In this document: one piece after another, positions 16,723-24,407 of the stretch
Position numbering within the stretch: position 1 is the first letter of the stretch
How the letters are laid out: each line of letters opens with the position of its first letter
NCBI GenBank assembly: GCA_046295675.1
Contig: JBKBMW010000001.1
Location: 1-32,610, forward strand
Direction: 5' to 3'
DNA length: 32,610 bases
DNA from: Candidatus Anstonellaceae archaeon
GTDB taxonomy: Archaea; Micrarchaeota; Micrarchaeia; Anstonellales; Anstonellaceae
The notes under the pieces: model-generated
Databases searched by the model: none
What the model was told of the DNA's origin: nothing
The model's input: only the letters and a program-made list of their open reading frames with translations
Program-made: the position numbers and the translations under genes

Positions 16723-17219
16723 AGGGAAAAAAAGCACAGATTTCAGTAGAAGTGATGGCCTATATTAGTTTTCTTATTTTAGTCTTTGTACTCTTTTCTT
16801 TTTATCTTTTGCTTAACTTTAATTCAGAGATAAAAAATAGACAATATCTTTTGCTAAGGGAAGAAGGGGAGCAGATAGCACAATATTTTCTTTTTGTTTT
16901 AAATTCTGGGCCAGGAACAACTTTTAAATTTTCTGTTAAACCATATCTTTCCTATCCTTTCGGCCAAAAATCAAATTTTTCTATTCTTATATCAAACAAA
17001 AATGGTTGGCTATATATTGTAACTAAATCTTCCACTGGCACAAATACTAACACTCCTTGGTTTTCTTTTCCAATTGGATTTAAAAATTTTGTTTGCAATC
17101 CAAATCAGCCTCCATCTTTAGTTCCATCCTGTAAGGTAAATGGGCAGACTATAGAAATAGATCCATCAAAGGGTTGGATTTTTTTAAATTATACTTCTAA
17201 TAAAATTGAGGTTGAATAA
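16719..17219 (+). CDS. class III signal peptide (type IV prepilin-like) protein F
   Basis: MKGKKA|QISVEVMAYISFLILVFVLF carries the QxSxE motif. A GGAGG Shine-Dalgarno precedes it, and its start forms an ATGA overlap with the stop of E. Confidence 0.7.
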   Translation: MKGKKAQISVEVMAYISFLILVFVLFSFYLLLNFNSEIKNRQYLLLREEGEQIAQYFLFVLNSGPGTTFKFSVKPYLSYPFGQKSNFSILISNKNGWLYIVTKSSTGTNTNTPWFSFPIGFKNFVCNPNQPPSLVPSCKVNGQTIEIDPSKGWIFLNYTSNKIEVE

Positions 17220-17858
17220 ATGAAAAAAGGGCAATATTTTTCAGCTGATATTGTTGTTGCAATAATAATCTTTATTTTTTCCTTATCCATCTTACTTAAC
17301 TACTGGCATGGTCTTAAAAGTCAAGGAGGGGAAGGTTTTCTTTATTCGGAAGCTTTAAGAATTTCAGATCTTCTTTTAAGCCCTGGAGATTACAATGTAT
17401 CTGGAAAGTCCATAATTTCCTCAGGGAGTATGAAATGGGTTAACTGGTATGATGACCCTGATAATGCAATTAGAGCTGGTTTAGGAGTAGAAGGAATGAA
17501 AAACAAAATCATCTACTCTCCCAAATCTGCACAATTAGGTTCAAATTATCCAAGTTTTGATAATCCTAAATTAAAAATTTTTTCCAGTTCTTCTGATCCA
17601 GACTACAAAAAACTAAAAGCACTTTTTGGCACTTATTTGGATTTTTATGTTGAATTTAATTTTTATTCACCTTCCTCTTTAATTACAACGGTTCCTCCTA
17701 CCTTCACTAAACAATTTGGACTAAATTTTGATCCAACAAAGCAGAACCAAATAGCAAAGGTAAGAAGGGCAGTTTACATCTATTATTCTTTTGGGCCAGT
17801 GAAAACTCCTCAATATATTGGATATATGGATATTTATGTTTGGCAAAATAAACAATAA
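17220..17858 (+). CDS. class III signal peptide (type IV prepilin-like) protein G
   Basis: MKKG|QYFSADIVVAIIIFIFSLSILL. Its ATG directly abuts the TAA of F, and a GAGGT Shine-Dalgarno precedes it. It has no Cys. Confidence 0.7.
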   Translation: MKKGQYFSADIVVAIIIFIFSLSILLNYWHGLKSQGGEGFLYSEALRISDLLLSPGDYNVSGKSIISSGSMKWVNWYDDPDNAIRAGLGVEGMKNKIIYSPKSAQLGSNYPSFDNPKLKIFSSSSDPDYKKLKALFGTYLDFYVEFNFYSPSSLITTVPPTFTKQFGLNFDPTKQNQIAKVRRAVYIYYSFGPVKTPQYIGYMDIYVWQNKQ

Positions 17859-18794
17859 TTAAACATATCTTTCATAATTTTCTGGAAGGAATTTTCCAAT
17901 CATAGAGTTAAGTTTTATTTCTAAAATTTTTTTTAAATTAATATCTTGGGCTAAATTTTTTATTCCTAAAAGTGCTGCCAAATCCTCTATTTTTTTAAAC
18001 ACAATCTTTTCTTTTTCACCTTCAATTATAGCCCTATCCTCTTGGAGAAGAAAATTTTTTATTTTTATTTTTTTCTTTTTAGAAGGTTGAAAAAGAAGTC
18101 TAGAATTTGCTTTAAGCCAAATTTCATTATTTTTTACATATCCATTTTCAATCCTAACATGTGCATCCTCTGTCAATATTCCTTTCAATCCTTCACTTTC
18201 CCATTGGACTACTCGATAATCTTTTTTATTTATATTAATATAAAATGTAGTCATCATCTTTGTTTCTCCGTTTTTTGTTTTATATGTTCTATCCTCTATG
18301 TTTTTTATTTTTCCCTCAAAATTTCCAATCATCCCATTTTTTATATTAGTTATTGTCGGTGCTTTTTTAAGCAGCCTAATTTTTCCTTTGTTGAGCATTC
18401 TAAATTCATCATTAAAATTTTTCATTGGACCAATTAGAATTTTATCTCCTATCATTAGTTTTTGCCATACTTCTATTGCAGCCAAATCAAAAAATACAAC
18501 AGTTGCCTCTTCGCTCTCATCTTTAACTAAAATTCTCAGAGTTGTAAAGTCCTGATTATTTTTTAGAGTTTTTTGTAAAAGATAAACTTTTTTAACCTCT
18601 ACTTCAAGTTCAAATGGAAAAAGGCTTTTTTTTGCTTCCTTTATGGTTTTTGGTTTAAAATAATCTGAAGATTCTTCTAAAGAAATTAAATACCTTGCTT
18701 GTTCATCATTGATCAAATAATGATATTCTTTAAGTTTTTCTTCAACCTTTTTCTCAATTTCTTCTTCTTTTTCATCTATAGTACTTATTTTCAT
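17859..18794 (-). CDS. RPA/SSB-like protein with two OB folds
   Basis: Two segments fit the RPA-type OB pattern (beta-strands, an acidic D/E-x-x-G/A centre, W, then Gd.i.i): FELEVEVKKVYLL...LRILVKDESEEATVVFFDLAAIEVWQKLMIGDKILI, and GNFEGKIKNIEDRTYKTKNGETKMMTTFYININKKDYRVVQWESEGL...AHVRIENGYVKNNEIWL. There is no zinc finger. Confidence 0.55.
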   Translation of the reverse strand: MKISTIDEKEEEIEKKVEEKLKEYHYLINDEQARYLISLEESSDYFKPKTIKEAKKSLFPFELEVEVKKVYLLQKTLKNNQDFTTLRILVKDESEEATVVFFDLAAIEVWQKLMIGDKILIGPMKNFNDEFRMLNKGKIRLLKKAPTITNIKNGMIGNFEGKIKNIEDRTYKTKNGETKMMTTFYININKKDYRVVQWESEGLKGILTEDAHVRIENGYVKNNEIWLKANSRLLFQPSKKKKIKIKNFLLQEDRAIIEGEKEKIVFKKIEDLAALLGIKNLAQDINLKKILEIKLNSMIGKFLPENYERYV

Positions 18795-18831
18795 AATTAT
18801 TTTTTTTAGAGAAGTTTTTTAATTTGTTTTG

Positions 18832-19788
18832 TTATTTCAATTGACTAAAAAATAATTCTTTTGCTTTCTCTAATGCAATTTGACATTTTTTTTTCTCTTT
18901 TCCTGAAACAGCAGCTGCTAATGGATGCCCACCGCCTTCTCCTTTTATAATCTTTCCAATCTCCTCAACTATAGATATAAGGTCTACTTTAAACAAATTT
19001 CTTTTATGCATTCTGGCACATATAACACAATCTTCTTTATTGCTTGCAACAAAGGCAACATCCGCTCCAATTCTAATCAAATTTTCAGCAATTATTGCTT
19101 GATATTCTTTTACTATTCCAAAAGCACAAACATAACCTTTAGATTCAACAATTTTGATATTTTTTATAGCCTCAAGTACTTCTACTCTTTTTTTGGAACT
19201 TTCTATTATATCCATATCTGTTAATATTTTTTCAAAATCCAAATTATTTTCTTTTAAAAGTTTGTACATTATATAAAATGTTTCTGCGTTTGCATGAGTT
19301 AAAAAAGAAGAGTCTGCCAAAATTCCCATTATTAGTAGTTTTGCAGTTCTTGGATTTGGTTTTATTAATTTTGCAATAAGCTCTGCAGTTGAACTTGCTT
19401 CAGGCCAAACAAAAGAGTGTTTTACCTTAAGACTATCCTTTCCAATAGCATGGTGGTCAATTAAAAAATCCACTTCATTTATTTCATGCCTAAGTAAACT
19501 CTTATGATTACAATCCACCAAAATTATTTTTGCGTTTTTATAAATTTTTCTTGCTTGCTCGAATTTAAGAAATTTTTTGTAGTAGTCCTTTAGTACAATC
19601 TTTGCTTGGGAATTAATCGTATCTTGAACTGCTATTATTGTTTTCTGGCCAAGAAATTCTTTTAAGGCTATGGCACTACTACAAGCATCTAAATCTCCAA
19701 AAGAATGAAATGTAATAATTGTTGGAATATTTTTTAATTTTAAAAAAGCTTCTTTAAATTTTTTTGATGGCTTGTTTGAATATTCCAT
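18832..19788 (-). CDS. DHH/DHHA1 family phosphoesterase (NrnA-like nanoRNase/pAp phosphatase or short RecJ-like)
   Basis: Motif I FGDLDACSS, motif II ILVDCN, motif III LIDHHA, motif IV GILADSSFL, and the DHHA1 motif GEGGGHPLAAA. The 318-aa size fits the NrnA class. Confidence 0.85.
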   Translation of the reverse strand: MEYSNKPSKKFKEAFLKLKNIPTIITFHSFGDLDACSSAIALKEFLGQKTIIAVQDTINSQAKIVLKDYYKKFLKFEQARKIYKNAKIILVDCNHKSLLRHEINEVDFLIDHHAIGKDSLKVKHSFVWPEASSTAELIAKLIKPNPRTAKLLIMGILADSSFLTHANAETFYIMYKLLKENNLDFEKILTDMDIIESSKKRVEVLEAIKNIKIVESKGYVCAFGIVKEYQAIIAENLIRIGADVAFVASNKEDCVICARMHKRNLFKVDLISIVEEIGKIIKGEGGGHPLAAAVSGKEKKKCQIALEKAKELFFSQLK

Positions 19789-19795
19789 TTCTATC

Positions 19796-20161
19796 TTATG
19801 ATTGTTTTGTTTGCTTATTTTGTTCTAAACTTTTCTCTATTATTTCTTTTAATTGTTCCATTTTTTGTTTAATGTTTTCCTTTTGTTTTTTAATTGTATT
19901 CAATCTTGTTTGATAAAGTTCTATCTTTTGTATAACATCTTCTGTAGCATCTTTTTTATTTACTTCAATCATCAAATGCCCAACTGCTCTAAATATTTTT
20001 CCTTGGCTATTTTTTAATTCTTGGTCGGCTTGTTTTAATTCCTCAAGCAAAAAACTAATTTGTTGTTCTTGAGCATCATATATTTGAAGCTGTTGCCCTA
20101 ATGTTTGATACTGATTAACCTGCTCTTGCAATTTTACAGGATCTCTTATAGGTTCTGCCAT
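19796..20161 (-). CDS. pfdB: prefoldin beta subunit
   Basis: Two coiled-coil arms flank a central beta hairpin (KIFRAVGHLMIEVNKKD). It has a GGGTGA Shine-Dalgarno and occupies the conserved position at the end of the exosome superoperon. Confidence 0.85.
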   Translation of the reverse strand: MAEPIRDPVKLQEQVNQYQTLGQQLQIYDAQEQQISFLLEELKQADQELKNSQGKIFRAVGHLMIEVNKKDATEDVIQKIELYQTRLNTIKKQKENIKQKMEQLKEIIEKSLEQNKQTKQS

Positions 20162-20179
20162 TTTTTCACCCTATCTAAT

Positions 20180-20389
20180 TTAAATATCATCAAGCTTTAT
20201 TAATAAATCCATTAGTTTAGAAGCATTCTTTTTTATATACTCTTTCCCAATCTTCTTTGTGTTAATCTCATATTCAATTTCATTATTTTTTTGCTTTATC
20301 TCTATATTTAGCCCCCCTCTTTTCAAATAACTCAAATGTTTTTTTATTATCTTAGTTGCTATCAAAAAGGTTTTTTCATCTTTAAACAT
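20180..20389 (-). CDS. small conserved-position protein, tentatively the KEOPS subunit Pcc1
   Basis: A 69-aa protein between the Brix gene and prefoldin beta, the slot usually occupied by Pcc1 (COG2892) in this superoperon. The sequence resemblance is only loose (FLIATKII...LNIEIKQKNNEIEYEI...NASKLMDLLIKL). It overlaps the Brix stop by 8 nt. Confidence 0.35.
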   Translation of the reverse strand: MFKDEKTFLIATKIIKKHLSYLKRGGLNIEIKQKNNEIEYEINTKKIGKEYIKKNASKLMDLLIKLDDI

Positions 20390-20870
20390 TTATCCACCTA
20401 TACTCAATTTCCAGTAGCTTTTTTTTATTATAATAAAATTTCACTTTATTTTTTTTTGCTTTAATTCTATAAACATTATCTACTTTTAAATAGATCCCTG
20501 TAAGTGGGTTTTGATTTATTTCAAAAAATTGTGCAATTTTTTTCTCCTCTTTACTCTTTAGCTCAACTCTTAAAGGTTCTTCAAAATTTATTTTAGAAGT
20601 AGCAAATCTTATTTTTTTAATCTCCATTAAATTTTTCCACCATCTAAACACTCTAAGTTTTTTATCATAATAATATTTGCTTAAAGTTGGATTTTTTCCT
20701 CTACAGTATACAATTACCCCTAAATAATTTTTTTTAATTGCTTTTTTTGCAAGGTCTTCTAAGGAAAAATCTTTTCTTGAATGATACTTCAAGCCATAAA
20801 TAAAAGAACTCAAGTTCTTAACTAATCTTCTGTTTTCTTTAGTATAATTCTTGGAAGTTGTCAATATCAT
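20382..20870 (-). CDS. Brix/Imp4-domain ribosome biogenesis protein
   Basis: MILTTSKNYTKENRRLVKNLSS...SRKDFSLEDLAKKAIKKNYLGVIVYCRGKNP fits the archaeal Brix pattern (iiTTSr.ps.r.r.f...L...Rgk.sl.el...a...g...iv....GnP). I prefer the ATG at 20870 to the GTG at 20876. Confidence 0.8.
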   Translation of the reverse strand: MILTTSKNYTKENRRLVKNLSSFIYGLKYHSRKDFSLEDLAKKAIKKNYLGVIVYCRGKNPTLSKYYYDKKLRVFRWWKNLMEIKKIRFATSKINFEEPLRVELKSKEEKKIAQFFEINQNPLTGIYLKVDNVYRIKAKKNKVKFYYNKKKLLEIEYRWINV

Positions 20871-20884
20871 AAACACTAATATTT

Positions 20885-21016
20885 TTAATCAGTAGAAATC
20901 TCTTTTGCTACAGGTGGTCTTTCTTTAAAAAGAATTCTATATCCACATTCTGGACATCTTACAAATCTTTCTTCCAATTCTTTTATTACTTTTTTACATT
21001 TTCCGCATTTATACAT
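20885..21016 (-). CDS. rpoP: DNA-directed RNA polymerase subunit P (Rpo12/RPB12)
   Basis: A 43-aa ORF below the track threshold: MYKCGKCKKVIKELEERFVRCPECGYRILFKERPPVAKEISTD. It has a CxxC...CxxC zinc ribbon followed by RIL.K.R, in the expected slot after L37ae. Confidence 0.8.
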   Translation of the reverse strand: MYKCGKCKKVIKELEERFVRCPECGYRILFKERPPVAKEISTD

Positions 21017-21042
21017 TTTTTTCCCTCTATCCTGATAATTTT

Positions 21043-21309
21043 TTATTGCTTTTTGCTTTCTTCTTTTTCTTTATACTCCTTTAGCATTCTATCAAAGATC
21101 TCTCCTGCACTTGTAGTAAAGCTATATGCTCCTCCAGCATAAACATACCCTGCATATGATTTATAAATACTAAAAGAAATTCTTTTTAGTTTTTTTCCAC
21201 TTTTTGGGCAAACATAAATTGCTCTTTTATCTTTTTTTCTTTTTTCATATAATTCCCTTAATCCAGGACCAAATCTTACTTTGTCATCTACCATAAAAAT
21301 CACACTCAT
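21043..21309 (-). CDS. rpl37ae: ribosomal protein L37Ae (eL43), zinc-ligand-deficient form
   Basis: RFGPGLRELYEK...IYVCPKSGKKLKRISFSIYKSYAGYVYAGGAYSFTT aligns with the consensus kYGaslRk...Y.CpfCGk..vkR...GIW.C..C...faGGAY.p.T. Only the first of the four Cys is retained. Confidence 0.8.
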   Translation of the reverse strand: MSVIFMVDDKVRFGPGLRELYEKRKKDKRAIYVCPKSGKKLKRISFSIYKSYAGYVYAGGAYSFTTSAGEIFDRMLKEYKEKEESKKQ

Positions 21310-21344
21310 ACTTTTGAAGTATTTTTTGTATTACTATTTTAAAC

Positions 21345-22127
21345 CTAATCTAATTTAAGCATTTGCCTTATTTCCTGGCTCTTTTGGAAGGATATTTCCA
21401 TCAGCTCAATTATTTCCTTTTTTAAAAATCCGCCCCCTTTGGATTTCTGTACAGCACAGACAAAATTTTTTTCAGTTGCTATTGTAATCATTCCATCTAA
21501 AGCCATTTCCTCTGAAAATGTTGGGTCAAGTATAAGATGGCGTTCTATTTTTCCAAAAGTACAGCTAATTGGACAAGCAAGAGTTTGAAGTTTTTCCTTT
21601 CTCTCCTCATAAATTACCTTGTCGTGTTCTATTTTTGGCATTAAAGTATTTTTTAATGCAACTACAGCCGCAATAGTAGAAGTATCAAATAAATTTCCAT
21701 CATAGTCTACAATCCATAAATCTAAATATACTGCTTTTACCATTTCTGAATTTTCAATTTTGAGGCTTTTTAAATCAATCATATTTGAGGATCTTATCCC
21801 CCTATCCACTACTCTTGCAAGTTCAATTGCTTCCACTGGAGGTGGTCCAGGTTCAAAATGTGATGCTCCAATAGGAGTAAATTCTGCATTTGTGCTCAAT
21901 ATACCTTCATCAGGTCTATCTGGATAAGGTGTTGCTATGCCTATTTTAACAGCTGCTAAAACCTGTGTGCTTCCAATTCTACATATTGCCGAACCTTCTG
22001 CATTTGGAATGATTCCTTTTTCTACTTCAATCTTTCTATATTGAAGCTTTCCTCTTCCATCTGCTCTTTTTCCTTGTTTTAGAAGATTTTTGATAAGTTC
22101 TCCGTTGATTTCATTTTGAATTTCCAT
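21345..22127 (-). CDS. rrp42: exosome complex component Rrp42 (RNase PH-like, non-catalytic)
   Basis: RADGRGKLQYRKIEVEKGIIPNAEGSAICRIGSTQVLAAVK. The ATG at 22127 (MEIQNE) is preceded by AAGGTGAA. The track's upstream start at 22166 would overlap rrp41. Confidence 0.9.
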   Translation of the reverse strand: MEIQNEINGELIKNLLKQGKRADGRGKLQYRKIEVEKGIIPNAEGSAICRIGSTQVLAAVKIGIATPYPDRPDEGILSTNAEFTPIGASHFEPGPPPVEAIELARVVDRGIRSSNMIDLKSLKIENSEMVKAVYLDLWIVDYDGNLFDTSTIAAVVALKNTLMPKIEHDKVIYEERKEKLQTLACPISCTFGKIERHLILDPTFSEEMALDGMITIATEKNFVCAVQKSKGGGFLKKEIIELMEISFQKSQEIRQMLKLD

Positions 22128-22140
22128 CTCTTCACCTTTT

Positions 22141-22899
22141 TTAGATTCGTTTAGCAGGCAAACCAAATTCTAAAATAGTTTTATGTTCTATGTCATATGC
22201 CTGCTCCAAAGCTTCTAATTGAAGTTTATGAACTTTTTTAATTGCTTCTTTTGCCATATCCAGTCCTTTTTCTATTTCTTCCTTTGTAAGCATTCCATCC
22301 ATTTGATAAAGCAGGATTTGTTCATCCCTTATACTCATTGCAATAGGATTATCAGACTGGCCATAATTATCTTCATCTTTAGACAAGTCTAAAACAATTT
22401 CATCCTCTATTTTCCCAACTGCAACTGCAGCCACCATATCTTTTAGAGGAATTCCAGCATCTGCCAATGCAACTGATACTGCACTCACAGCTGCACACCT
22501 TGTGCCTCCATCAGATTGAAGCACATCTATAAAAACATCAATTGCAGTTTTCGGAAATTGTTCAGTTATCACTACTTTTTCAAAAGTTTCAGAAATAACT
22601 TTAGAAAGTTCTAAACTTCTTCGTGAAGGTCCACTTTTTCCATGTTCAGACAATGAACAAAATGGAGCCATGTTGTATCTACATCTTAGCTGTGCCCTAT
22701 AAGGAGAAGACTCATGCTTTGGAATGCATTCTCTTGGGCCATAAACAGCTACTAATATTTTGTTATTTCCCCATTCTATATATGCAGAACCATCTGCATT
22801 GTTTAATACCTTTGCTTTTATTGCAATTGGGCGTAATTCATCTATTTTTCTTCCATCTATTCTTTTTTTATTTTCATCAAGTAGTTTTGGAATCTCCAT
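22141..22899 (-). CDS. rrp41: exosome complex exonuclease Rrp41 (RNase PH)
   Basis: RIDGRKIDELRPIAIKAKVLNNADGSAYIEWGNNKILVAVYGPRE and DGGTRCAAVSAVSVALADAGIP. An AAGGTGAA Shine-Dalgarno precedes it. Confidence 0.95.
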   Translation of the reverse strand: MEIPKLLDENKKRIDGRKIDELRPIAIKAKVLNNADGSAYIEWGNNKILVAVYGPRECIPKHESSPYRAQLRCRYNMAPFCSLSEHGKSGPSRRSLELSKVISETFEKVVITEQFPKTAIDVFIDVLQSDGGTRCAAVSAVSVALADAGIPLKDMVAAVAVGKIEDEIVLDLSKDEDNYGQSDNPIAMSIRDEQILLYQMDGMLTKEEIEKGLDMAKEAIKKVHKLQLEALEQAYDIEHKTILEFGLPAKRI

Positions 22900-22912
22900 T
22901 TTTTCACCTTAT

Positions 22913-23680
22913 TTATCTTCTATATCTATTTCTTGTTCTATTAAAAAAGGACCTTCTTTGAGGACGATTATATCCTTCTTTTCTTCTAAAGCCAGATTGA
23001 TCGGTTTTATTACCCGATTCTTGGCTTTGATTTTGAGCATGTTGCTGAATTTTTTCAATAGAAATTTCTTTGTTTGTTTCCTTGGCTAAAAAATCACTAA
23101 TTTTTTGAGTCAATCCACTGGTATGAGTTTGTTTTTCAACCATCTTCATTACTTGTGCAGCTAACGGATAGTTTCCATCTTCTGAAACAAATACCAAACC
23201 ATTTTTTCCAATGTATATCTTGCAACCAGTAGCATAGGATATCATATTTATCATTGAATTATTTTTTCCAATTAAACGAGGAATTTTTAATGGAGAAATT
23301 CTAATTACTATCCCGCCTTTTAATAAAATTGGATTTGTAAGCTCTATCTCTCTAATCTCGTTCACATTCGTTATTTTTGCAATTATTATTTCACCAATAC
23401 CAAATTTGTGTTGCTCTCCCCTCTCAATAGGAAGAAATGCCTTATATGGGCTTTTTATATCTACTTCATAGCCGCCAAATCTCAATTCGCTTATCTTTCC
23501 TATTACATAATCATCTATATTTGGTTGATATGGTCCTTCTAATGGTATTATTCTACCATCCTCTGATTGAAGGGCTATTACAGTTACATAAGTACCTTTT
23601 TCATCGCTGTAAGTATAATTATTTTTCTGATAATCTGGAATTTCATTTCCTGGCATAATCATCTTGGCCATATTTTCCAC
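22913..23680 (-). CDS. rrp4: exosome RNA-binding subunit Rrp4 (S1 + KH) with a basic C-terminal tail
   Basis: The S1 region is DYVIGKISELRFGGYEVDIKSPYKAFLPI and the KH region is IPRLIGKNNSMINMISYATGCKIYIGKNGLVFV. The last roughly 45 aa are Q/N/R-rich (..GFRRKEGYNRPQRRSFFNRTRNRYRR). Confidence 0.9.
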   Translation of the reverse strand: MENMAKMIMPGNEIPDYQKNNYTYSDEKGTYVTVIALQSEDGRIIPLEGPYQPNIDDYVIGKISELRFGGYEVDIKSPYKAFLPIERGEQHKFGIGEIIIAKITNVNEIREIELTNPILLKGGIVIRISPLKIPRLIGKNNSMINMISYATGCKIYIGKNGLVFVSEDGNYPLAAQVMKMVEKQTHTSGLTQKISDFLAKETNKEISIEKIQQHAQNQSQESGNKTDQSGFRRKEGYNRPQRRSFFNRTRNRYRR

Positions 23681-23703
23681 CTTCTTTTTGAAATTTTTTA
23701 CAT

Positions 23704-24396
23704 TTATTGAAGAATTTTTGTTTGTACAGAACCAGAAGTAAGTTTATTTAGTTTATCATAAAACTCACTGCTTATTCCTGCAGGTATGTTAACTACACAA
23801 ATAAATTCACCATTTTTAGTCCATTCTTCTTTTTCAATATTATAACTTTTCAAAAACCCATAAATTTTTTGGGCATACTCTGGTCCAATTTTTAATGCAA
23901 TTTTTCTTTTCATCATTTTTATAGGTATTTTTAATTTTATTGCATCCAATACTTGTTGCACTTGCTCGCTTGCTTCCTTAAACGGATCTATATTTATTTT
24001 TGCTTCTTCCATAGCTTGTGTTATCCTTAAGATGGTATGTGGAGCTCCAGTGCGGGGATCAATTGCCTCTCGAGAAATCAAAGAAATTATTTGTTGTTTT
24101 TTTTCTTCAATCATTCTTCTTTTTTGTTCAGTAGTAAGAGATATCTCACCTTCCTTTAAAATAATTTCTGTTATCTTGTATACATCTTCAGTTCCAAAAG
24201 CCTTTTTTAAATCAGCACTTTTGGCTCTTTCAGCTTTTTTAGCATCTTTATAAATTTCTTCTACAACTAAAATATTGTTTAATTCTTTTTTTTGTCCCAG
24301 TCTATACATCAAAGATAGATCCGGGTCAACCAAAATTTCAAAATCCTGTCCAGCTTTTCTTATTTTTGCAATTATTGCCTTATCTATTCCAGTCAT
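23704..24396 (-). CDS. SBDS (Shwachman-Bodian-Diamond) family ribosome maturation protein
   Basis: AIIAKIRKAGQDFEILVDPD is the N-terminal FYSH-domain pattern. The 230-aa length and the position between psmA and rrp4 both fit. Confidence 0.9.
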   Translation of the reverse strand: MTGIDKAIIAKIRKAGQDFEILVDPDLSLMYRLGQKKELNNILVVEEIYKDAKKAERAKSADLKKAFGTEDVYKITEIILKEGEISLTTEQKRRMIEEKKQQIISLISREAIDPRTGAPHTILRITQAMEEAKINIDPFKEASEQVQQVLDAIKLKIPIKMMKRKIALKIGPEYAQKIYGFLKSYNIEKEEWTKNGEFICVVNIPAGISSEFYDKLNKLTSGSVQTKILQ

Positions 24397-24407
24397 ATCT
24401 TTTTACC

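Noticed and set aside
12892-17858. Whether the pilin-like locus is a mobile genomic island.
   Set aside because: I could find no integrase, transposase, flanking direct repeats or adjacent tRNA. Base composition and Shine-Dalgarno usage look the same as in the flanking core genes.
18042-18555. Plus-strand ORFs (131 and 85 aa) antisense to the OB-fold gene.
   Set aside because: Their F/I/L-rich low-complexity translations are typical of antisense AT-rich coding sequence. They have no start context, and the sense frame shows OB-fold patterning.
22623-23089. Plus-strand ORFs (112 and 109 aa) spanning the rrp41/rrp4 junction.
   Set aside because: They are antisense to two strongly conserved exosome genes and are low-complexity shadow frames.
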